NCBI GenBank assembly: GCA_043228905.1
Contig: JBHGNT010000010.1
Coordinates: 21,948,001 to 22,012,000 of the forward strand
From: Azolla caroliniana
Taxonomy: Eukaryota; Plantae; Polypodiophyta
Length of the DNA: 64,000 bases
Direction of reading: 5' to 3'
Position numbers and translations under genes: made by a program. Every line of letters begins with the position of its first letter. The stretch's first letter is position 1. Positions 11,685 through 24,654 of the stretch are shown one piece after another. Under the pieces are notes generated by a model that worked only from the letters and a program-made list of their open reading frames with translations, was not told the DNA's origin and did no database searches.

Positions 11685-14600
11685 ACGTCCCGGTGACCCA
11701 GCTTTCAATAACCAAAAGCAAGTAATCCTGGGACCGGCACGACTGCAAGCAACGCAGGTCTTTGGTATACCATTAGATTCCCACGTTATCGCTACCATAT
11801 GGGAGGACTTGAAGACATATGCTTTCGCCCAAGCCATTCTTGCAAAAATTGATCCCTCTCGGGCATCTTGTTCATAATCGCAACAACCAGGTACGGACTA
11901 TCGACAATTCGAATGCCATGATGGATTACTATTCTTTACGAAACTCTTGTATAGTCCTAATGGTTCTTGTCGCATTCGAGTAGTCCAAAATTGTCATGAC
12001 ACATACAATTGGGCATTTTGGTAGTGATAAAACATTAGATTTAGTACAACAATCATTTTGGTGGCCCCATATGCGACGATTTGTCGAAGATTTTCTTTAG
12101 ACTTGTGATACATGTTGTAGAGCAAAAATGCCAAGGCATCATCCATATGGTTTACTAGAACCATTACCAATTCCAAGAAAGTCATGGCAATCCATTGCTC
12201 TAGATTTCATCATAGATCTTCCAATTTCTAAGGGATTTTATGCGATCTTGACAATAGTAGATCGATATACGAAGATGGCCCATTTCCTACCATGTATTAA
12301 GGAAATCTCCAGTGAAGAAACCGCCAAAACTGTCATGCGTGAGGTATGTCGGCATCATGGCCTCTCTGATAATATCATCAGCGACCGTGGACCCTAGTTC
12401 GTCTTGAAATTCTGGAAGCACCTCTTCAAAATGCTCAAGGTCACTTGTAACCTCTCCTCCGGCTAGCACCCGCAAACAAACGGCCAAGCAGAAATAAACA
12501 AATCAAACACTAGAGCAGTATCTTCGGTGCTTTCTAATCTATCATTAAGATGACTGGGCGGATATTCTCCACTTCACTCAATTTGCGTATAATAACTCTA
12601 TCCACTCGTCGACAAAGGTTACACCATTTTATGCTTACACGGGTTGTCACCTGGGCCGGTGGTGTGTATTTGAAACCCCAGATTTACCCACAAATCCTTG
12701 CGCAGAGGATCGTTTGGAGCGGCTCCGCAAGATACAAGCGGATTTATCTACTCATCTACAGCAAGCTCAACAAACACGCAAGGTTTACGTGGATCATCAT
12801 CGGCCTCCATCCAGTTTTAACATTGGAGATCGGGTATGGCTACTACGACGACATATCAAGAGTCAAGACTACTCGCCCATGCGAGAAGTTGGATTATCGA
12901 TGATTAGGTCCTTTCCGTATTATCGAAAAAATTAATGATGTCGCTTTTCATCTCGATCTACCTCCGCCACTACGGATACATCCGGTGTTTCATAGCTCTC
13001 TCTCCTAGAACCCTATCAAGACACCACCATCCCAGGTCGTATTAAACCACCTCCACCCCTGATCGAACTTGAAGATGGACTTGAGTACGAGGTTGCCGCC
13101 ATCCTCGATTCCAAGATTTTTTGTAACAAGCCCTACTATTTAGTCAATTGGCTAGCATATAGTCCCAACGAGCGTACTTGGGACCCAATAGAGAATGTGA
13201 CCAATGCTCGTGCTCTTCTTGAAGACTTCCATCGTCAATATCCAGAAAAACCGAGTCCTCAATCCAAAATGACTCGTCACACTCATCGTTTTAAAGGGGG
13301 GATAATGTCATGATATAACAAGATTCAAACCCATGACCTTATGTTACATGGATCGAACTCTTGACCATTAGACTATATATTCAAATATGAAAAATGTTAT
13401 TTTCATTTAAGTTTTACTATATAAAATTGATGTATATTCTAGATTTCTCTAAACATTCTAGAAACTTCAAGAGTACTCCTAAGAACACTATAAAAGGAGG
13501 CACGAGGCATTATTTCGAACCAAATCAGTTCAACACAAGTCTTAAGCCTCCTAGCTACTATTGTATATTCTCTTCACATAATATATATCCTTTGCTATCA
13601 TCTCTCTCTCTCTCTCTCTCACTCTCACTCTTTCCTTCTCTAGAGAGTTCTACACCTCTCTTAGTACTAATCCTCATCGTTTAGTACTAATTCCTTCTCT
13701 ATCTTAGTACTATTCCTGACAATACTTCTCTGTCTTAGTATTGTTCTTGACATCAAGAAGGAGATTGTCGCTTACATCGATCCATGCAACAAAACCTGAG
13801 ATCAAATCTTGCCTTTCGTCACCCATGCCTACAATACATCCGTACAGGCGTCGACACGGATCAACCCTTTTCGAGCACTCTATGGGTGTGACCCTCATCT
13901 CCCACCAGAATTGTCCATTGATGTCCATTCGAAACCTGCCAACATGAATTGTGCCACTTGGGGTCTCTATCTCCAACAGATGCTCCCCCTCCTTCGATAA
14001 GCCACTGCTCCTATTCCTGCTCCTCAGTCTCTAGTTTCTCTCAAGGGGGAATGTGGTATGTATGTGTTCCTTTCAGCCACCCTTTTAACACACCCTTTTT
14101 AGGTAAGTCATCCCAAATGGGTACCTTTGTATCAACTATAAATTGAGTAAGAAGTAAGAAGCTAACTAGGCTAGTTTTGATTTCTTATGTCCATTTCACA
14201 AAAGGTTATAGGTTTTTGGTTAACTTTTTTTTTCCTTAATAGTTTATTAATTGATTTAATTAATTAAACTTAAATTTTTATTTAATTTAATAGTTCAATT
14301 AAAGTTGCTTTTATTAATTTAATAAATTTAACATTAAATACCTATTTAATGTAATGTATTTTTTGTTTATTTAGATGTTTAATTAGTTTGATTTAATTGG
14401 ATAGGTTAAAAAAAATTATTAAATGGTTTGGTTTGGTTTAAAAAATTTATTAAATGGTTCGGTTTGGTTTCAACTTTTCCCTAAATAGTTTAGTTTGGTT
14501 TTTGTTTTATATAAACAGTTCGGTTTCGATAATGTTCGGTTTCTTTGCCTTAAAACCAAACCATGCCCATTGCTATTGAAGGGTACACAGATGCAGACTG

Positions 14601-14927
14601 GACCGGCTATAAGGCCGATAGACGATCAACGTCAGCCTTCGTCTTCTCCCTTGGCAGCGGAGCGATCTCCTGGAGTAGTAAAAAGCAGTCGATAGTTGCA
14701 CTGTGGAGCACGAAAGCCGAATACAAGGGCTCGGCCGTCGCCACATGCGAGGTTGTCTGGCTGAAATGCATATGGAAGGATCTGGGCATTCCTATCAAGG
14801 ATCCAATTCGCCTATGTTGCAATAACATGAGCAGTATTTATCTAGCTCAGAACCCGGTGTTCCACGCGTGCACGAAGCATATCGAAGTGCACTATCACTT
14901 CATCCGAGAGCGTCTCTAGGCTGGAGA

Positions 14928-15415
14928 TGTAGATCAATAACACATCAACACGAACCTTCAGGTTGCCAACATCTTCACAAAAGGCTTAGGTGTCAACAAG
15001 CTCAGACAATTTACATCGAACCTTGGTCTCACGATATCTGCATTGTCGAGTTTGAGGGGGAGTACTGAATAGAAGCCGTCATTGCCGAATGATAGCCGAT
15101 TGGTCGATCAAAGCCGACCAGAGGAGTCGAAGTATGATGATGACAGTCGAGCAGAACAACTAGCACGAAGTTGTCGATCTACGACACATCAGCACGAACC
15201 TTCAGGTTGTTGACATATTCACAAAAGCCTTACGTGTCGACAAGCTCAGACAATTTACATCGGACCTTGGTCTCACGATATTTGCATTGCCGAGCTTGAG
15301 GGGGATTACCGAATAGAAGCTGTCGTTGCCGAATGATAGCTGATTGGTCGATCGAAGACGACCAGAGGAGTCGAAGTATGATGATGACAGTCGAGCAAAA
15401 CAACGAGCACGAAGT
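14928..15415 (+). repeat. ~244-bp tandem duplication of the Copia A pol 3' end
   Basis: 14928-15170 is repeated at 15172-15415 (cacgaaccttcaggttg...gaggagtcgaagtatgatgatgacagtcgagc). Confidence 0.88.
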
Positions 15416-15444
15416 AATCAAGCAGTCAAAGTTGTCCTGATTGA

Positions 15445-15883
15445 TAGCAATGCGCACGGTTTCGGCTCAAACCGAACCAAACTGTTAAGCCATGGCTTAA
15501 CGGTTTATTGGCTTAAAGATAAATAAATTGTTTGGTTTGGTTTCAAATATTATGATCCGGTTTGGTTTCGGTTCGGTTCGGTTTTGAATTTCATGGTTTA
15601 GCGGTTTAGCAGTTTCAGTTTATGTGGTTTGGTTTAAAGGTTTAAAGGTGTAAAAGTTTTGAAGGTTTAAAGGTTTATCGGTTTATCAGTTTATAAATTT
15701 GGTTTGGTTTTGATTTATGATAAACCAATTTGGTTTGGTTCTAAATTTTTCATAAACGATTCGGTTTAAATGGCTTCATAAAATTGAAACAATTTGGTTT
15801 GGTTTTTAATATAAATAAATGGTTTGGTTTGGTTTGGTTTGGTTTGGTTTCAAGGCCAGGAAACCGAACCGCGCCCATTGCTA
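15445..15883. mobile_element. hAT MITE, same family as 6611-14575
   Basis: TIRs TAGCAATGCGCACGG / CCGCGCCCATTGCTA, 8-bp TSD CTGATTGA/CTAATTGA (7/8 match), AACCG-type subterminal repeats. Confidence 0.9.
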
Positions 15884-16314
15884 CTAATTGACCATCCGGA
15901 CACAGAACCGAAAGCAAAAGCCAATCGAACAACCGAATTGAAGTAATTTGAAAGTCGACGCCGATTCAACCGAATCGAAGTATTTCTGAAGACCGAACCG
16001 AACCAATTTCTCAGCATCCAGAAGTTGTGTTTGAAGGGGCGTGTTGAGAATCGAACTCAACTTCCCTAATGAAGTGCTTTCACACTAGCAGTGGCCACAC
16101 TAGGCTAGTTTTGTAAATAACATAAAGGGCATTTGCCCTAGACTAGTTGGTATTTAAACCAACCTTTTGTAACTTAGTTACTATTCGATGTAATCATACT
16201 TTTCACTAATATAGCTTCTTGTTCTAAGCTCTCTCTCACTCTCTGTTTTGTCTTACGTACAACACACACAGTTTACGTCCACAACACGTCACCTACGCCT
16301 CTCATTTCTTTACA

Positions 16315-17740
16315 CCCCCAAAAGTTGTTTCTTAAAATTTTAGTAAGACATTTAAACTAGTTGGATCAAGTAAGGGACTACAAGGGGGAAGCATTGCAAA
16401 AGGCCCTGGAAAGAGCATAGAATGTTGGAGGCGGTTCATGTCATTGCCATTACAGGAAAGAGCATAGTATGTAATCAAGGGCGAATGGACTAATATGAGT
16501 TTTGAAATTGTGAAAGCTCTACAACTTGGGGAAGTTGTTAGTCCAAGGACAACAATGGAGAAGTGGATGGGCAATGAGGAGGAGGCTTCCTTGATTCCAA
16601 GAAGTAGGGAAACACTGGATAGGATCCAAGTCCATGAGCTACAAGTCAACATGTAACCGACAACAATGAACATGGCTATTTGAGTGCTCGCATATACAAG
16701 ATTGTTGATCTCGACGTGGTCAAAGTACAACTAGAATGGCACATATGTGTTCATGAAACCACATGGCTATGTAAGGTCAGTCGGGACCTTTTGTAATGGG
16801 CATTGCATGATCCATATGCAAGACAAGGAAGCAAAGGCATCCTCTTCTTCCAATTCACGACCAAATTGAGCCGTCACATCCTAGATACTCAAACCGACAG
16901 AGAACCAACTACTGCAAAGATATGGTACACATACAATCCCCCCTACAACTATTGCCCCCCTACAACTATTGACCAATTTTGGTAGCAATTATGGAAATAG
17001 TTGCAAGCTAGGCGAATTACCACATTTCAATATCTATTAATACATAGGTCATTGTCGGTCGGAAGTGACAACACGAGATCCTTTGCTCTCTAAATTGTGT
17101 AGTGTGCCCCAATGAAATGGAATCAATCTGACACACTCTATGGGACTGACTAGAGACTCATCAAATATGGAGGGGGGTTGGCCAAATATTGCAATTATGC
17201 AAGGTGCAAGGCAAAATCAAGTGGGTGAATGTACGTTGGTTATCAGGCAGACCCCAATTGACATATATGAACATCAGGAGGAGGGGATGACGTTGGTGAT
17301 AAAGGCACAAGAGGTCTTGTTTTCTACCACCGACAATGTTCACTCAACCCACATCAATCTCAAGGATCAAGTCGTGATGGAAGTGGTCAGCCCAATAACA
17401 TAATGGACTATCTGGAAACAACATTGTAGGCAGGTCTTCTCCAATCAAACCATGCATCAGGTGACATTATTGCAAGAGATATGGAATGAAGCTATAGCCA
17501 CGCTAAAGAGCCAATACGATGGCATCACCGGCGAATTCGACATAGCCAAAAGACAACAGTCAACCTTCATCAAGAAATGGTCATCCTCTCCCTTTCTTGA
17601 GTCAGTGGGCCTCCATATGAGATGGAACGACGAGTCCCTTTTGTGGTTTGGGTATAACATTCACAATTGTAAATATTTATAACTAGTGCAAGGAGTTTTG
17701 TTTTTTAGAAAAAATAAATAAATAATAATAAATTAATAAA
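16315..17740 (+). mobile_element. Degraded L1-like LINE, 3' portion; probably continues in ~474-1246 on the other side of Copia A
   Basis: zf-RVT-like remnants (FW*QLWK...CVVCPNEMESI*HTLWD...WTIWKQHCRQVF) and an A-rich tail at ~17708-17740. Confidence 0.6.
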
Positions 17741-19280
17741 ACATGGAAAGTTGCTTGAGTGAGGTATATGAATACTTTTCTATGGTACGTTAAAAAAATT
17801 GTAATAAACTAATCAAAACCAAAATACAAAAGCATAAAGAGATTAGTTCCATGAATAAATAAAAGCTAAGCATGGACAGATTAGGTCTCCATACACATGA
17901 CCCATGTGAGTGCATGTGCCTTGCAAAACATTGTATCTAATATATATTTAGCCCTCTTGAATTACACATGAACAATGTCAATGTGGATGGTAAATAACAT
18001 CCTCATATGTGTGCACCCCCATGTCATGGAGGCCAAAACCTAGTGTTAATACACTTAGACTCCTCATGTTGACTTGGCTTCTAGCCATCGAAAATATAGA
18101 ATAAGAGCCCATAAATTTTCTAATTTATGGTTCAAAATCCTTTTGATCAACGTTTGGGAGGGTATCACATCATTGCTCCCATCATCTTTCATTTGTGTAT
18201 TTGAGGTTCCAACTTGGCAAGCCTTACAGTTTGAACATTGACAAAACTGGTAAAGACTAGTAAAAGTTTCTTTACGTGGAAGTTAGAGAATCTCATGAAC
18301 ACTCCTATTTGAATATCCAAGAATGCAATAACTTTTGGATCTATATGAGATCACTTTTGAGGATTATAAGAGCCTCACATATCAAAACAAGGAACTCTCT
18401 TGGACTATTTAATGGTATAACATCCTAGACAATTTCAGGGGAAATTTTGATGTATATTGAAATTTAGCAAGTTTCTAAAAATTTTAAGTCTATTCCATTT
18501 CCCCAAAACACAAGGATCCATATTTAAATCACCGAATATGTTATTGATTGTTTTAAAAGGTGATATTACACAATATTTCCAAATTGTTCAAGTCCCACTA
18601 AATTAAGCAAAACGCAAATTGAACCTAACATCAAAGAAAACAACCAAGGAACTCAATTCTCCAATACTTGTACGATGGAGAGACACGTTTTTTCTATCCC
18701 ATGTTAAAAACGACCAAGTAATCGAAAGTGAAGTCATAAAACCCAACATTCCACAAGGCCAAGAGGGCATATGAGCAATAAATTATATGACTGCACCTTA
18801 CAAATCATTACATTCTACTTACCACTAAGGCCCATTTCTTTACTTTCTATTCCCAAATAATTGCTTACATGGATCTACCCATTCTATATAGGACAAAGTG
18901 TAACTCCAATCCAAGTGGGTTTTAAGTCCAAAGATCATCACCTCTATAGGCATGTAGAACTTATGCTCCTACCGATCATCGTGATTACCAAACACATAGT
19001 CTAATAGAGAATGAAGGAATAACAACAAAAAGGGGTATTATTCACATTTCTATTTAGAATTTGGTAATTACATTATTCATAGGCAATGAGAGCATTGCCC
19101 AAAATCATAAGAAAATTTTTGGGAAAAAAAAAAAAAAAAAAATCATAAGAAAAAAGTTTCTCCATTAGATTTACAGTAAAGGTGATGAATTATGTGCAAA
19201 TCTCATAATGAATGAAGGATGATGAATACTTCCCAACATACTGCCCCGATAGCTCTGATCCATCTTGGTGATGAACTTCA

Positions 19281-19311
<31 letters not shown>

Positions 19312-19391
19312 CGATGATGGCAATGTGTAGAGGGAGACCTATTTCGATGGCCATGGAGAAATTATTTGGTGGCCATGATGGATGGGCTCAC

Positions 19392-21635
19392 TCAAATGCT
19401 GGTGTCGACCACTACACTGCTAGGAATGAAAGAGGTATCGGGTAGAAGTGAGGCGACCGAGAAAGTCTCAGCTTGAGAAGCCGACATATCCGAATTCACA
19501 CACGTCCAATTTACTCTTTGCGAAATGTCCGAGCCTGCTCCAGAATTCTCATACTCACCATATGTACAAGTGTCCTCGAAAGGACGGCTTTGATTCCACG
19601 AAAGCCATCCTGCCCCATCCACATGACCCCCAATGTTAGACTTCAAGAACACACTTGTAGAATATGTCTTCCACGGCCTCCCAAGGTATGATTTCGCAAC
19701 CGATGAATTGAGGCCAGTGGCTGCGGTTAGAGAACAGCTTTGGAAAGAGAACCCCGTGACCGTGTTGGGTTCTTTCTTGCCTTGTGCGGTATATGTGTTC
19801 TGTTGGCCCGTCGCTGGTACCCTCGCTTGTAGCTCGCAGTTTTGGAAAATGGCTAATGAGTCGCCGAAGAGGAAGTCGACTGTCCCGGAAATCTTGCAGT
19901 CTCGGAAGAATTGGCGTCCTGACTGTGTATACAATGTGTCCTGATATCCTTCGAAGCAACAGCTTTGAAACACGAATTCGTCCGCGCTCGAACGCAGGGC
20001 CACCGCTTGATGCCCATTTGGCCCTGCGGTGTTCTGGAATGTGATGTCCTTTGCAATGAACCCTTTGGCCACTATACCTAACCATTACAACAAAATGTAT
20101 CGGTCATATATGAGGAACTATAATCCTTAAGCCACCAAAATGCAGAGACATAACACTTAGATGAATGAATGCTACAATGCATCGCATCAGTTTCATTCTA
20201 AAACAGAAAACTCACTTTTCTAAATTCCACAACAGACTTAAATTGGTTTTGAGAAAAGACCATTCAAAAAAAAAAAGGGCCACAAATCCAGAATAACTCT
20301 TAATAAGTAAATTTTCCAAAATCTAGGTCAATGCCCTTATTAACTTGTTTTTTGACATTTAAGGTATCTCTACATATGTTCAGAAGACGCTTATTCTGGT
20401 AAAACATCCAATGTGGGAGGGAGATGGTTTTTTATTATTATCAGACAACAAATGTCTAAGGAGTAAAGGAAATACTTACCGAGTGTTGCAGATCTGTAGG
20501 TGGTGACACTAAGCCCATTCAGGACATTGTTGGAACCCGAAACACTCGCATCTCCTGTGATAATCGTCTTTCCGCAACCGTCTCCTAGCAAAGTGAGGTT
20601 AACACGAGTCTTGGTAATGTTGAGGGGGCCTTCGTTATAGGTGCCTTCTTTGATGTAGATCACGAATCGGTCTCCATTCGGGTACGAATTGGAATCAGGG
20701 ACATTGTTGAGGGCTTCTGCAAGGCTAGTATACTGCTGACCTGGCCCAACCACCATATTTGCTATGGCACTAGCATTGGTTGAATTGCTAGTGCTGTCAA
20801 GAAGCCTTCGCTCCAAGGAGGCCGCCCACTCGGGGAGGTCATCATTCGAAGATAAAAGGCGCCGACGACGGAAGTGAAGACTCGAAGGAACAGTGGGCAA
20901 CGATTTCTTCCACGAGGTTAGGCTCGATCCGAGAGATGCCAAAGCCTGCACCAAGCTAAGCGCATTGATGATGAGCTTGTTTACATACACTTGTCTCTCC
21001 GTGAGTTGAGCGCTGGCGGTTCCTGTGATGTTCGATAGCCCGTCCAAGCAACCGGTTTGTAGGCTGGATGCGGTGCTGATGACAATCTCCACATTTTGAA
21101 GGGCTTTCGAAAGAGACTTGAGGTTGAGCGATTGTAGGCCATTGATCGATTCGGAGAGCTCGTCGATGGCAAGGTCCAGAAGCTCCACGCAATCCTCGAT
21201 CGCAGCTTGCTCGAGCGTAGTGCTCGCCTTGGGGATGAGGGAGACAGAGAGGTTATAAGCTTCACGAACACCATCAATGGCGAGTTGAACCGATATGATG
21301 ACCAGCTCCAGGGGGTTAGCAGAGAGAGCGGCTGTGTTATTACTCAAAGAAGCAAGGCAGACATCAGGGTAAAGAGTAGCATTACATGCGGTTTGAATAG
21401 CCGCCGAACCCGACGTTAAGTCAGAGGTGGACGGGGCAGAATCCTCGTTCTGTGTAGAGTTCTGTTTCTTGCTTATGACCACACCTACTGTGACGGCTAC
21501 AATGGCGGCCACCAGAAAGAGAGAGCAGCCTATGATTATGAAGAGACGGCGCCGTGATTGCTTCCGTGCTTGGATCTGTGCTTGATGATCTGGATCGATC
21601 TTTCCATAGGCTCGGACACCTGATGCCCCTGACAT
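19392..21635 (-). CDS. PME: Type-I pectin methylesterase (TM anchor + PMEI pro-domain + PME domain), 2 exons, 613 aa
   Basis: Exon 1 21635-20480, GT-AG intron 20479-20078, exon 2 20077-19392. N-terminal TM helix, PMEI cysteines (ACNATLYPDVC, AIEDCVEL), RRRRLL and RRLL processing sites, and catalytic motifs GTYNE, QAVAL, QDTL, DFLFG, LGRPW. Confidence 0.96.
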
Positions 21636-22699
21636 ATTCTAGTAATTGAAACAATCTAAAGGGTTAAGCCTTCCCCTTCGCCCCCCCAAAAAATGGTTAT
21701 CAGTTCAGGGGATTCTTTATTTCTTCCGGTGGCACAAATCAAACGATACCAGGAGACACACACACAGCTGTTTTTGTTTATTGCCAAGGAATGAATGGAT
21801 GGATGAAAATTGTATCAGTTTATTTCTCTGGGGGAGGGGGATGATTTGATTTATGATCAGATCTGGAACTCTTATGTGTGCGGGGGGGATAAGGGTAATT
21901 TGATGAGAAAAGGAATCGCGAAAAGATTAAAATTAGAGGGAGTTAAGGTGGGGAGGAATTATTAAGCAGGGAGCAGATTGAGGAGGTGTGGATATTAATT
22001 ACTCTATGAATGTATGTATGTATACAGAGGGAGAGATTGATTGTGAATACAGAGAGATTGAGAATATATAGAGATGCAGTGAGGAAGCAGAAGAAGAAGA
22101 AGAAGAAGACGACTAATTCTCTGGGTATTCCGAGATCATGTGTCCCCACGCGGTTTTACTCCTCTCTGTCAGTGTCTTGTGCGAAGACAGAGACACCCAC
22201 AATATTTTTAATCTATGCTTAGCACATCTAAATATGAGGTCGTGGGTTCAAATCCTCTGTCACTACACCCTCCTTTTGTAAAATCACTGACAGCCCTACC
22301 TTGGACTATCTCTATCTGTTTTCTACTTAAGTTCCTAGTAATTCTCTCTGCTACATTACCAATAAAAGAGACAAAAGACCATTCATTCTGCTTTTGCACG
22401 TGATATCCTCTTTTATCACGAGCATGTCCACGTCCTTTATATACATATGCATATAGCCTCTTATTAGGAAGGAGCAAGAAATAACTCTTCCTTAACTTCC
22501 TTTCTTCCTTATTATTATTACTTATTTGCCGTTGTTTGAGGATGTTCAACATTCATATAATTTAGTTCTCGAAGAAAAACGAAAACTTGGCTACTAGACT
22601 TTTGTTCACTTTTGGCATCAAACACTAAACAATTATTTCACTGACTTTTGGGGGGCAATGCGATGGATGTGCAAACACACTACCCATCTCCCTGTTTGT

Positions 22700-23060
22700 A
22701 GACTTGGTATTCTGTGGCCCTCGGCTCCCCCAAAATCACGGAGATAGTCGACTTCTACACAAAGCTTTGCTCGAAGAACACCAATAGTTATGTGGTTGAT
22801 GCAATAGTTATGTGTTCTAGCTATGTGTGTACTTCAACTTGTTTTCATAGATCCAAAAAAGATAGGCATCCTTTGTTGACTTGGTATTCTATGGCCCTCC
22901 ACTCCCCTGAAACCATGGAGATTGTCAACATCTGCACAAAGCTTTGATCAAAGAACACCAAATTGTCATAATCTGGAATGTTGCTGATGCAATAGATTTG
23001 AGTTCTAGCTATGTGTGTACTTCGACTTGTTTTCATAGATCCAAAAAACATAGGCATCCT
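22700..23060 (+). repeat. ~180-bp tandem duplication
   Basis: gacttggtattct..ggccct...cacaaagcttt...ttctagctatgtgtgtacttc...catagatccaaaaaa occurs twice. Confidence 0.8.
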
Positions 23061-24654
23061 TGATTGAATTTGAAATCATCGCTTGAAGATTAGTTTCCAT
23101 TAAAGATTCGATCCTAGTACTTTCTAGTAGGACACGATCAACGTTAATCGCCCTTCAATCGTACGTTACTTTGGTTCAACGTTTCGTTCATGGTAGTTTT
23201 TAGTATGTAATGTAAGCAATACTTTCTAACAAGCATGAAACCATAATAACACAACCATATTATATTTCCTTATTAAGAGGATACATTTGTTATAGCTAAT
23301 TGATTTTTTGTGTATTTCGTTCTTTAGCATCCCTTCTTATGAGAGCAGGATTAAAAGTTATACGCTAAAGCCTCAAACGTTTGACATTAGATGCTAAATC
23401 ATAATGTGAACGCAAGGTAATGCCTTTAAATTCTACGTAAGAAACTTTAATACATGGATTGGTTACAAGCCATGAGCGTAATTCAACACGGTACGCATGG
23501 AACAATCATGGGAGCATGCTTACTTTATGGATGAAATATTATGGAAGCATATTATTGGCAAAGAGTTGAAAAAAGTAAATGCAAGTCCTAATAACTCCAT
23601 GCTTAGTTGATAGTAGATATTGATCATCGTGTAGTATCACGATTTTGGCTAAAATGGTGCGCTGATTGATGCTCCCATCAAGTGGATTGACAAAATTGTG
23701 AAATTTAACTTCACATGCACATATTGTCAAAAAATTTAAGTTTAAATGAATCGTGCAACGGTAAACATTGCGCCTCAGCAACTCGAGATGACCGGAGGTT
23801 TGACGAGATATTCATAATATCAAAACTCATCATTGGTTTGTTTCAGGTAATGCACACAAATAGTTTTGTCCTTACAAACTAGGCTTTACAAACTCACCCT
23901 TAACAATCGTATTATCCAAAACAATTCCTTCTAGGGGCAATGCTATTAAAAAGTCTTTCATGTATTGATATTTCCCCTTCCTATTTATAGCATTTGCCCA
24001 TGGCTATAGCTATTTTCCTATTGATTAATTGGCCTTCCAATATAGTTGCTTTCTTATCATTATTTTCTCACTATTTACTTGCAAATAAGAGCAATGCATC
24101 GTATGATGGTTTGCAATTAATATATTGCTATAAAATGTTGGATGAACCATGTTTGTGCCAAATTATTATTTCAAATAGGATTTTTATGCGATAAATTGTC
24201 TTCCAACTAGAGTGATTGTATTTATCACGTGCATCCTTATTCAACCATTCAATTTTACGAGTATCCTTATGAATTTCCTTTTTCAATTATCTATCGGGGT
24301 ACACTTGCCATTTTGTCACCCCAAGGAATATACTTGTCTTTACTTCTATGCACAAATAGGTCAGTTGACTTTTATTGTGATTTTTCATTGTTTGGATCAA
24401 AGTGTCCAAGGTTTTTTCTCTAACATTGTAGCAATATTTTCAAACGCCAACGTCATAACACGTTGTGATGCAAAAGTCAACATGTTTCATTTATAAAATT
24501 GTTATCCATAATCAACCTTCTACTCATTATGTGTGTGTAACGTCATGGATTTCTTTAATAAGTTGCCTAAGCACCCTACAAGTATTTATGAATTTCCTTC
24601 ATAGATTCTACATGATAATTACATGACACAAGTGTACTTAATTATGTGTTTCCA

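Larger units (their letters stand above)
7380..13752 (+). mobile_element. Decayed Ty3/Gypsy chromovirus (Tcn1-like)
   Basis: LTRs 7380-7797 and 13306-13752 with perfect TSD TCAAG. Gag 7894-9036 (KFDGTRS, CLYCGGPGH), protease ALLDSGA, RT (GAPIFFVKKKDGSLRL), integrase with KLDYR-GPF, and a C-terminal chromodomain EYEVAAILDS...YYLVNW...TWDP at ~13083-13250. The RNase H region is deleted. Confidence 0.95.
6756..14200 (+). mobile_element. Small internally deleted Gypsy element with ~150-bp LTRs and a tRNA-Ala-type PBS
   Basis: LTRs 6756-6914 and 14052-14200 (TGTGG...TTTCACA). PBS TTGTGGAGATGCAGGGTAC at 6918-6936, PPT AAGGGGGAA, and an integrase remnant LPFVTHAYNTSVQASTRINPFRALYG at 13809. Confidence 0.8.
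6611..14575. mobile_element. Non-autonomous hAT element (MITE) enlarged by nested LTR insertions
   Basis: TIRs TAGCAATG...CATTGCTA, perfect 8-bp TSD TTGAAGGG (6603-6610 / 14576-14583), and AACCG/GGTTT subterminal repeats. Confidence 0.92.
1247..16314 (+). mobile_element. Decayed Ty1/Copia retrotransposon A (Bryco-like gag) hosting multiple nested insertions
   Basis: 5' LTR 1247-1520 and 3' LTR 16042-16312/14 are homologous. PBS TGGTATCAGAGC lies at 1523-1534 and a PPT precedes 16042. Fragments occur in Copia order: gag (TEKLDRTNFASW), protease (WFIDSGASNHM), integrase, RT (ILYMDD; FEMKD), RNase H (EGYTDADW...KHIEVHYHFIRE). Many stops and frameshifts. Confidence 0.93.

Noticed and set aside
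20391-20479. C-terminal tail of the 414-aa ORF
   Set aside because: Read-through into the PME intron past the GTAAGT donor.
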